A DNA stretch of 20,988 nt. Origin: a virus. Below, piece after piece: positions 8,201-15,452 of the stretch (positions within the stretch are counted from its first letter, which is position 1; the number at the start of each line of letters is the position of its first letter). The stretch lies in IMG/VR virus record IMGVR_UViG_3300027863_001748; one strand, written 5' to 3'. Below the pieces are notes generated by a model. It was given only the letters and a program-made list of their open reading frames with translations. It did not search any database and was not told where the DNA came from. A program made the position numbers and the translations under genes.

Positions 8201-9325
8201 ATGCCTACGGTGTCAAAGAACCCTTGGCAAACAGAAGTTATTGTTTCGGGCTGGAATTATCCAGAAAGAGCTTATGGAGAGGATGGAATAAACACTTATG
8301 CAAGTCCGCCAGATGAAAGCACAAAGCCTGAGCAAAAATACTCTGGATTTAACTTCACAGAAAGCGACATTCCACCAAGCAGTCAAATAACTAAAGTTGA
8401 AATGGGAGCAAAACACTACGAGACAGATCCAAGCGGATACATTCAATACACGACTCTGAAACACGTAAACTCCTTAGGGTCAACATCTACATATCAGTTG
8501 ACAAGACGAACATCCTTAACATGGGACTGGATAGACATAACAAGCAGAGAAACAAGCTGGGATCTAGCAAAACTAAACAATGCTGATGTCCGCATAATTT
8601 CTGAAATCCACTCGGCAGGTGGAGGCGGAGGCTGTAACCCTACAGATGTCTATTTTTTGGGAAAGGATGAAGGGGGGTGGATAATGCGTAGAGCAAAAGA
8701 GCTTAAAGAAGGTGATGTCCTTCTGGCATGGCACCCAGAAAAAGGTCTAATCTTCTCAAAAGTCAAGTCTATACAAAGCTTCACAGGATTGCAGAAACTT
8801 ATAACACTGTTCTTACCCAAACTCAAGTTTCCAAGCTTGTCTAAAAAGGGTGAAATATTCGAGTGGCAGCCTCACTTAACTGTGACAGGACAGCATCAGC
8901 TTTATTTTGCAAAGAAAGGCAGCAGACGAGGCGAGTACGCTTGGTTCATGCTCAAGTCTGAAGAGTTGCACACTCGTATGATGTCCGGAGAGAAAGACTT
9001 CTATGTCGGGACGCTATGGAAAGCTGAAACGTTAGCACCCTTACCTCTTGAAAGGGTCGACCTCCACGAAAAAGTTGAAACCGTTTACAAAGTCACCCTA
9101 ATCGATGAAGCAGCCACATTATTTGCTGACCAATACTGGCATGAAGATTTGGCGTTGCTTAAAACACATGGTTACGGATTGCGGGAAACACCTATGTCAA
9201 TGCCATTGCTCAGCCAACTGCTAAAACAAACATCGTACGTTGACACTATAGTTTTGCGTGCAACGTACGCTTTGCTTAAGGAAATGCAGATAACAGGAGA
9301 AGGGTTGACTTGTGTCATAGCCTAA
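8201..9325 (+). CDS. Probable virion/adhesion beta-sandwich protein interrupted by a Hint (intein-like) domain
   Basis: GGGGG|C145 N-terminal junction, block B LTVTGQH and block F VYKVTL...LFA; the host domain resumes at TSYVDTIVLRATY. Confidence 0.7.
   Translation: MPTVSKNPWQTEVIVSGWNYPERAYGEDGINTYASPPDESTKPEQKYSGFNFTESDIPPSSQITKVEMGAKHYETDPSGYIQYTTLKHVNSLGSTSTYQLTRRTSLTWDWIDITSRETSWDLAKLNNADVRIISEIHSAGGGGGCNPTDVYFLGKDEGGWIMRRAKELKEGDVLLAWHPEKGLIFSKVKSIQSFTGLQKLITLFLPKLKFPSLSKKGEIFEWQPHLTVTGQHQLYFAKKGSRRGEYAWFMLKSEELHTRMMSGEKDFYVGTLWKAETLAPLPLERVDLHEKVETVYKVTLIDEAATLFADQYWHEDLALLKTHGYGLRETPMSMPLLSQLLKQTSYVDTIVLRATYALLKEMQITGEGLTCVIA
8633..9229 (+). other. Hint / mini-intein-like domain (Cys145 to about Gln343), no homing endonuclease
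   Basis: Cys1, TxxH and block F present; proposed C-terminal junction LLKQ|T. The C-terminal boundary is uncertain. Confidence 0.65.
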
Positions 9326-9378
9326 CGCCAGATAAATCCGTCTTTAATCGAAAGAAGTCCTACCGCAATACGCTTTGA

Positions 9379-10149
9379 CTAATATCTCCGAAATGGAGCT
9401 TCCTTGATCGAGTCTATTCCTCTTCTGGAATCTGGCCAATGGTATATTACTAGCCTAGAATCTTTTTCCATTTTAGCCAGTTCGTCCTGAAAATAGGGAA
9501 TCCGCCTTCTGTCAAGTGCATCGAGAAGAATGAAGAATGCATTTCTAGTAATGCTACTCTTGAGACAAGCTTCGAGTTTTCTAATATCTTCCCTTACTCC
9601 ATCTTCGTAAAACGTTCTTCCCCAACCAGGCAATATCATCTTGATCTCAATCATTGCCTCATAAGGTGGAAAATCTGTTTCATTTCGCCATGCCTTTTTG
9701 AACTTATTATGATCAATCACGACAAGATCCGCACGTCGTGTTCGCGGCCATTTCTCTGTCCTCACGTACTTAGGTCTCTCTATACTGCCTTCTGCATGAA
9801 CACACCATTCCGATCCAATGGAACGAGATACTGTCCTTTTCCTAAGATGACTATACAATGCCCATTGCACATCTCGTTCATTCCAATAATAAGCTCCGCC
9901 ATAGTTCTCGTCCAGATGAGAATTTTGTCTGTAATCTTTCAAAAAGTGTTTTATGCAAGCTTCAACTGCCAGTGCCTTCTTGCTTCTTCGTGGCAAATTC
10001 TCAACCAATTTTACAAGAACACTCGTTAAGCCTTTAACTTTTTTCACATTAGGACAATTGTTGAAAAAGACAAGTATGTTAAGATTTCCAAATCCAAGTC
10101 TTACGGTTTCTGTTTGAATCACTTGTTTTTCATGCTTATTTTTCAGCAA
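9379..10149 (-). CDS. PD-(D/E)XK-fold nuclease-like protein, antisense insertion in the structural operon (true start possibly TTG 10008)
   Basis: NERDVQWAL helix, RADLVVI, IEIK and EDIRKL match the E-PD-ExK arrangement; AT-rich 5' flank. Confidence 0.6.
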   Translation of the reverse strand: MLKNKHEKQVIQTETVRLGFGNLNILVFFNNCPNVKKVKGLTSVLVKLVENLPRRSKKALAVEACIKHFLKDYRQNSHLDENYGGAYYWNERDVQWALYSHLRKRTVSRSIGSEWCVHAEGSIERPKYVRTEKWPRTRRADLVVIDHNKFKKAWRNETDFPPYEAMIEIKMILPGWGRTFYEDGVREDIRKLEACLKSSITRNAFFILLDALDRRRIPYFQDELAKMEKDSRLVIYHWPDSRRGIDSIKEAPFRRY

Positions 10150-10215
10150 GATTCCTTATGTTTACCGTTTTTCCCATTTTATTTTGAATTTAGAGCTATT
10201 TGAGGTCTAAAGCCG

Positions 10216-10569
10216 TTGGTAGACGTGTCTGCTGATGATGTTCGAGATGTTATAAACGTTAGTTCAGCGGATATACCTGATGATAAGATTCTGAAGATGA
10301 TTAAACGTGCAGAAGTCACGCTTGAACTTGAAACAGGCAAAGACATAGACTATAGCGAATGCTCAGATGCTGAAAAGGAATTCATAACGGTTCTTGCTGC
10401 CGTCTATGCTGTCTGTTATCTTACTGGTGGTTCAGCAGTTGGCTTAAGCTTCACAGTAGGCGACCAAAACGTCAACATTCTAAGCAAGGCTCCACCGTTG
10501 GATGTGCTGCAATCTGAGTTAGAGCGAATCTTGCGCAGTCTTAAACTGCCTTATGTGGGGAGTGCTTGA
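10216..10569 (+). CDS. Head-tail adaptor (gp6/gp15-like)
   Basis: 117 aa, helical; VSADDVR...IPDDKILKMIKRAE...SFTVGD pattern; first neck gene, preceded by GAGGT. Confidence 0.65.
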   Translation: MVDVSADDVRDVINVSSADIPDDKILKMIKRAEVTLELETGKDIDYSECSDAEKEFITVLAAVYAVCYLTGGSAVGLSFTVGDQNVNILSKAPPLDVLQSELERILRSLKLPYVGSA

Positions 10570-11960
10570 TGGTAACAGTGCCTGAAGCCTACTACCAATT
10601 CATAATGGATTATGCGCCTTACGTTTACGTGATTCCGCCAGACACTCCAGACCCAGCTTGGGGAAGAGCAGCCTTTGCCGCAGCCTTCGCCATCGACTTC
10701 CTCTCCGAAGCCTATAACAGTAAGCAGTTTGAAAACAAAAAAACAGACATCTACAACAAAATCGTGAATCTCGCCGACTGGATTCTAACCCAACAATGCA
10801 CAGACCCAGCCAAGAAAGCTTATGGCGGATTCAAAAGCAACGAAACAAGCACATACTATTACAGCGTTGACGCTTGCCGAGTCATCCCGTCGCTTCTACG
10901 AGCCTACGACGTGACAAACGATGAGGATTATCTGAATGCTGCCAAGCTTGCCGGAGCCACGTTTCTCAAAACCATGCAGGATCAACAAGCCTATGGCGGA
11001 TTCGCAAGAGCCGTCACAATCGCAGACGCTTGGCTTTTGCAAATGGATGTTGAATGTCTCTATGGGCTTATAGGTTTGAAGATGCTTGCTGAAAAATACG
11101 ACACAGCCAACGCCTCAACGTATGAGGACATAATGAACAAGGCTGCCAACTTTCTCAGGCAAGGACTCGAAAACCTCTGGCTATACTACGACCCTGCAGA
11201 TGACAAATGGCACAGAATCGGTCTAAGCGAAAACGAGATTTACGATGACCCCTTCGCTTACGCTTTGCTCGGCTTGTATGAATACGAAGGCTGGAGCCTC
11301 ACATGCCAAAAAATCTACAACTTCATCAACTCAATCCGAGCAAGCGCCCAATACCCCGCCTACAACCCCGCAGTCTGCTGGGCAGGCTACATAGACGTAA
11401 TAAGCCGATTCGCAGCATGCGACTACTACGATGCAGTCACAAGCGGAATCCTCTGGAAAATCCGCAAAGCTCATGACAAGCCAAGCTTTGAATTTAGCAT
11501 GAAAATTATCGACAAGCATCAAGATGAGTTTATGTTCTGGGGCGCCAAGCACACAGACTACAGCTATGTGGAAAACAAGAAGGCGATGGCAACCGTATGC
11601 TGGCTTTCTCTCCTCTATCTAAACTACGAGGAACCGACAACACGTTTCAAGCAAATCCTCCGCTCAAACGGAGAAAACATCACATTATACCAGATCCGTG
11701 AAGCCTCAGAACAAACCAGCTACGGCGAAGACATAGACATAAAAGCCATAGTCTCACCAGCAAGAGCAGAAGAAACCCTCATAGAACCTGGCTACATCCT
11801 AAACGACTACATAACCATCCACGTCTTTGCTCCCATCAGACATCATGACAAAATCCGCAGAAAAGGAACAGACTACGAGGTTCTGGACCTTCAAACTTTC
11901 GATTTCCGAGGCGAAACAATCTACTTCAAAGCATACTGCAGGAGGCTTCTCGGACAATGA
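10566..11960 (+). CDS. Fusion of an alpha/alpha-toroid domain (six-hairpin glycosidase or prenyltransferase-like) with a C-terminal head-closure/stopper-like domain
   Basis: Helical repeats with LADWILTQQ...YGGF and FLKTMQ...YGGF. The last ~110 aa are beta-rich (GENITLY...IKAIVSP...HHDKIRRKGTDYEV...YFKAYCRRL) and occupy the stopper position between adaptor and terminator. Confidence 0.6.
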   Translation: MMVTVPEAYYQFIMDYAPYVYVIPPDTPDPAWGRAAFAAAFAIDFLSEAYNSKQFENKKTDIYNKIVNLADWILTQQCTDPAKKAYGGFKSNETSTYYYSVDACRVIPSLLRAYDVTNDEDYLNAAKLAGATFLKTMQDQQAYGGFARAVTIADAWLLQMDVECLYGLIGLKMLAEKYDTANASTYEDIMNKAANFLRQGLENLWLYYDPADDKWHRIGLSENEIYDDPFAYALLGLYEYEGWSLTCQKIYNFINSIRASAQYPAYNPAVCWAGYIDVISRFAACDYYDAVTSGILWKIRKAHDKPSFEFSMKIIDKHQDEFMFWGAKHTDYSYVENKKAMATVCWLSLLYLNYEEPTTRFKQILRSNGENITLYQIREASEQTSYGEDIDIKAIVSPARAEETLIEPGYILNDYITIHVFAPIRHHDKIRRKGTDYEVLDLQTFDFRGETIYFKAYCRRLLGQ

Positions 11961-12943
11961 GCGAGTCGGAAGATCCAACAGCAACAGTTGTTAGGCTTTT
12001 GCAGAAGAACATCCGAGTAGTCAAAGAAGACAATTCAATCGCAAGCATTCTCGTAAGCCAAGAATGGTATGACAGAGAACTTTTCAAAAACTATGATGGA
12101 CAAATAACCGTAGGTCTCGTAGAAAGCAGAGACACAAAAATCGAAATGTCTGGACGAATCCGCAGACGCTTAGGTTCTCTACGAGTCAACGTATGGGCTA
12201 CTGACAAGCAAGGGTCATCTGACAACGGCAAGCAGATCAGAAATAAGACCGTTGAAGAAATAAACCGCGTCATAAGACAAAACCGCAACAAACCCAACAC
12301 GACAGAATACAACTTCGCTGGTTTAGGCTATCCAGAAGGCGACCCCCACAAGGCGTTCCAAACAGGCGCAGCCTCAGAGCTTCAACCAGAACATGCAAAC
12401 TGGAATGAGTTAACAAGCTTGGAATATCAGAAAATCTGGTACAGCGATGACCAGAGACACTCTAAATCTCACAATATCAACGGCGAATATGCTCTCATGC
12501 TTTTCCGATTCAAGATTGAAAGCCGAGAAAAAGCTGTCAAGCAGATTGTTTTGTCTTTTGAGGGCTACGGTTCTGCTCCTGTTGGATTCGGCGTCACTGT
12601 AAAAGTTTGGAACCATGTTGCTGGCGCTTGGCAAAATGCTCATTACGGGACTGACGAAGCAGACGAGACCGTAACCATTACGTTAACCTCAAACTTGACG
12701 GATTACATCGATGATGAGCAGTACGTATGGCTTCTAGCTAGAACAACGAATCCAAGCGATGGAATGACATCAGCCATCTTATACTGCGACTATGCATGTT
12801 GCACGGTCACCGTCAACGGCATAACATACTTGGACATTGTCAGTTTCCGAGACGCCGACCGAGTGGATACTAAGCCCTTCATTTACAGAACCGAGTTTAC
12901 GCTCAAATCATGGTGCTTTGAAGATGTTGGAGGCGTTTTCTAA
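11957..12943 (+). CDS. Tail terminator/completion protein with a ~170-aa inserted beta-sandwich
   Basis: Directly upstream of the tail tube. LRVNVW...EEINRVI and the C-terminal FRDAD...RTEFTLKSW bracket an insert at about 12296-12814. Confidence 0.55.
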   Translation: MSESEDPTATVVRLLQKNIRVVKEDNSIASILVSQEWYDRELFKNYDGQITVGLVESRDTKIEMSGRIRRRLGSLRVNVWATDKQGSSDNGKQIRNKTVEEINRVIRQNRNKPNTTEYNFAGLGYPEGDPHKAFQTGAASELQPEHANWNELTSLEYQKIWYSDDQRHSKSHNINGEYALMLFRFKIESREKAVKQIVLSFEGYGSAPVGFGVTVKVWNHVAGAWQNAHYGTDEADETVTITLTSNLTDYIDDEQYVWLLARTTNPSDGMTSAILYCDYACCTVTVNGITYLDIVSFRDADRVDTKPFIYRTEFTLKSWCFEDVGGVF

Positions 12944-12945
12944 AG

Positions 12946-13815
12946 ATGCCAGAAACTTATGGAGCGCATGAATGCCGTGCCTACTTCGTTCAAGAATCAG
13001 TCTACGGTCAGACACCAACAAACCCGTCAATGCTTGGCATAAACAGCGAAGACATTGAACCATCATTAGACCCATGCCTACTCAAATTGCGAGGCGTTGG
13101 CTCCAGAGACCTTCAAGCCTTGAAGAGAGGACTGCGCAATTCAACATTGAAGATTCTGCATGTCTTGTCCAGCGAGGCACCCATATCTTTCGTTCAACAT
13201 GCTCAAACGCTAAACAGCTTAAGCCTTCAAGTGCTGTATTACAAAGGCTTGTTTGCCTCGGCAACCGACATAATAAGCCTACTCTACAAAGGCTGCAGAA
13301 TACACAAACTAAGCGTAGAATGCAGCATAGAAGACATCGTAAAGGCTACAGCCGAGCTTATTGGGCAAACTGTTGAAATAGGGACCTCAAAAATAACAGG
13401 AGCCACCTACGCAGACTACGCGGGAGCGGTTTCTTACAACGAAAGCTATATTCAAAGAGGAGCGGGTGACGGCTCAGGCTTAACCGCACTCGAAAGAGTG
13501 ACAGACTGGAAATTTACAATCGAAAACAACCTCAAGCCAGTGCCAGTAATCCGTAGCGAAGAAGGCTATCTGCTAAAGTATCTTCCAGCACGCCACCGCA
13601 ACCTGATGGGCGAGTTAACCTTCGAGTTTGAGAGCAAACAAGAATACGACGACATCATAAACGACAGTGAATTCAGCCTCAAATTCGGCTTAGGCGGAAC
13701 AACCAGCGCCCTTTTCAAGTATTGCAAATGGGAGAAAGTGGCAACTCCAACACGAATCGAAGACCTTGTCGCCTTGAAGGCTTCCTTTGTTTCAAGAGAC
13801 GTTTACATCAGTTAG
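12946..13815 (+). CDS. Major tail tube protein
   Basis: N-terminal YFVQESVYGQTP, VTDWKFTIENNL, RNLMGELTFEF; 289 aa; upstream of the chaperone and TMP. Confidence 0.8.
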   Translation: MPETYGAHECRAYFVQESVYGQTPTNPSMLGINSEDIEPSLDPCLLKLRGVGSRDLQALKRGLRNSTLKILHVLSSEAPISFVQHAQTLNSLSLQVLYYKGLFASATDIISLLYKGCRIHKLSVECSIEDIVKATAELIGQTVEIGTSKITGATYADYAGAVSYNESYIQRGAGDGSGLTALERVTDWKFTIENNLKPVPVIRSEEGYLLKYLPARHRNLMGELTFEFESKQEYDDIINDSEFSLKFGLGGTTSALFKYCKWEKVATPTRIEDLVALKASFVSRDVYIS

Positions 13816-13831
13816 GATGGAGGCTTCTGAA

Positions 13832-14044
13832 TTGAGTGTTGAAGTGAAAATCTTGGAGAATTTTGGTCAAGAGGCTGACTTGCGAAAGAAATGGTTGAAG
13901 ATGTGGGAAACACTTGGAGTTAGAATTCTCAAGCTTCCAAAGTGGATGCAGGACATCGTGCTTGAAGATGTCAATACAGCCATCAGAAACCGTATAGCCA
14001 CAATGGAGATGATTCAAAACGCAAACAGAAAGCATCGAGCTTGA
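13832..14044 (+). CDS. Hypothetical 70-aa protein
   Basis: TTG 13832 behind GGAGG (ATG 13817 also possible); the track start at 13787 overlaps the tail tube gene. Confidence 0.55.
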   Translation: MSVEVKILENFGQEADLRKKWLKMWETLGVRILKLPKWMQDIVLEDVNTAIRNRIATMEMIQNANRKHRA

Positions 14045-14483
14045 CGAACGATTTGGTAGCGAATTCGCAGGCAAATACGTCTTCAGCGAAATCAGTTGGG
14101 CGAAGCGTAATCGCATCATCCAGAAGCACACTAAGTATCACCCGTTAACGGGACAAGTCGTAAGCAGCGACTTCATTGCTATACAAGCTGAAACCATATG
14201 GGCTTCGCTCAAAGAACAGCCACAACACAAACCCATAACACTCGAAAAACTGCTAAATGAAGAAAACGGGATTTCAATAGGCTTAGGTGAGTTGTTCAGC
14301 CAAATCGTCAACAAGCTGAACAGCGTCACACAAGAGGAAACCGCTTTTTTATCAGAGCGATCCGAAGACAAAAGCCAAACTCAAGCCTCACAGAGTTCCG
14401 CCTCTGCAAAGAATTCGGGTGGACACCACTCCAACTTAGAAAACAGCCAGCCAAAACCATCCAGCAATTCATCACGATTCTAA
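14019..14483 (+). CDS. Tail assembly chaperone (gpG-like), proposed ACG start
   Basis: The frame is open from TGA 14010-14012 with no ATG/GTG/TTG until 14292. Translation (M)QTESIELDERFGSEFAGKYVFSEISWAKRNRII...; GGAGATGAT upstream. Confidence 0.7.
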   Translation, partial: TQTESIELDERFGSEFAGKYVFSEISWAKRNRIIQKHTKYHPLTGQVVSSDFIAIQAETIWASLKEQPQHKPITLEKLLNEENGISIGLGELFSQIVNKLNSVTQEETAFLSERSEDKSQTQASQSSASAKNSGGHHSNLENSQPKPSSNSSRF

Positions 14484-14554
14484 ATGAGATGGACAAGCAA
14501 ACGGAGGAAGAACGCAGAAAAGCGGAGAAAGAAGTAAAATGGCGGTCGAAGTAA
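14345..14554 (+). CDS. -1 frameshift extension of the tail chaperone (gpT-like part of gpGT)
   Basis: In-frame slippery heptamer T TTT TTA at 14345-14351. The -1 frame reads IRAIRRQKPNSSLTEFRLCKEFGWTPLQLRKQPAKTIQQFITILNEMDKQTEEERRKAEKEVKWRSK*, with stop at 14552-14554. Confidence 0.75.
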   Translation, partial: FFIRAIRRQKPNSSLTEFRLCKEFGWTPLQLRKQPAKTIQQFITILNEMDKQTEEERRKAEKEVKWRSK

Positions 14555-14910
14555 CATGCGACGTTGAAGGCATTGAAGAGTTCAAGGTTGCCATGCAGAT
14601 GTTTGATTCTGCGATGCAGAGGCATGTTTATCGCCAGTTGGCAAGTTGGGCTGCAGACGTCAAAGCCTTAGCCAAACAACTCGCTCCTGTCAGAACAGGA
14701 CACTTGCGAAGTTCCATATATGCCAAGATTCAGGACTGGGTCGCCGAAATCGGTGCAGAAGCCACCTACGCATTATTCGTTGAACTTGGCACACGATACA
14801 TGCAAGCATGTCCATATCTTTACCCCGCAATCCAAGAGCATCTTCCAGAGCTTGAACGGATAATCCTTGAAGCCTTAGAAGCAGCAAAAGCGGAGGCTGG
14901 TTTACAATAA
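14539..14910 (+). CDS. HK97 gp10-like tail/neck protein
   Basis: AKQLAPVRTGHLRSSI...YALFVELGTRYMQACPYLYPA motif. Confidence 0.85.
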   Translation: MAVEVTCDVEGIEEFKVAMQMFDSAMQRHVYRQLASWAADVKALAKQLAPVRTGHLRSSIYAKIQDWVAEIGAEATYALFVELGTRYMQACPYLYPAIQEHLPELERIILEALEAAKAEAGLQ

Positions 14911-15452
14911 GCTTCAGAGAAATCGCCGTCACCATAAGAGCCGTTAACCGTGCCAGCAGCGAGTTCACGAGAATACAGACAGACGCTGAAGCATTATCTG
15001 TTCGAATCAAAAGCCTCGGTGCAGCCATAGCTGGTTTAGGCGCCACTGGAACGGCTATTGGACACATAGCCCATCAATTTGGCTTACTGAATGACCAGCA
15101 AGCCAGAGCTTTCAACAGTGCCATGATGGTTGTCACAGTTTTAGGCATGTTCATGAGGACAAGCTGGGGCGTAGCCGTAGCTCAGAAAGTCTATGCTGCA
15201 GCCTGCTGGATCGCTACCGCGGCTCAGAACGCCTTGAATATTTCTTACGCCACCTGGCTCGCCTTAACCGGGGTCGGAATCGCAGTTATTGTTGCTGCAG
15301 CCGCTGCCATGTGGTATTTCGCAAGTCAAATGAACTCTGCAACCGCAAGCGTTCAAAGCTTCAACGAGGCTGTGGCTGAAATGCCTGAACGTGGACGCAG
15401 CATCCGCAGAGTTGGAGAAGAAGAATACTACAGACGGGGGATAGAAGATTGA
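14907..15452 (+). CDS. Very short tape-measure-like protein (181 aa), proposed ATA start
   Basis: 72 open codons upstream of track ATG 15123 give (M)SFREIAVTIRAVNRASSEF, a TMP-type N-terminus, followed by Ala/Gly-rich hydrophobic helices. GGAGG at 14892-14896; ATAA overlap with the gp10 stop; directly before the hub gene. Confidence 0.65.
   Translation: MSFREIAVTIRAVNRASSEFTRIQTDAEALSVRIKSLGAAIAGLGATGTAIGHIAHQFGLLNDQQARAFNSAMMVVTVLGMFMRTSWGVAVAQKVYAAACWIATAAQNALNISYATWLALTGVGIAVIVAAAAAMWYFASQMNSATASVQSFNEAVAEMPERGRSIRRVGEEEYYRRGIED

Noticed and set aside
9270-9378. Possible truncated C-terminus of the Hint protein or remnant of a lost fibre gene
   Set aside because: The alternative frames give only about 20 uninformative codons; it cannot be supported without homologs.
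13808-14625. Minus-strand ORFs 13808..14131, 14138..14371 and 14326..14625, and the many other short antisense or nested track ORFs
   Set aside because: Shadows of real + strand genes, including the chaperone frames the track truncated; no motifs or SD sites.
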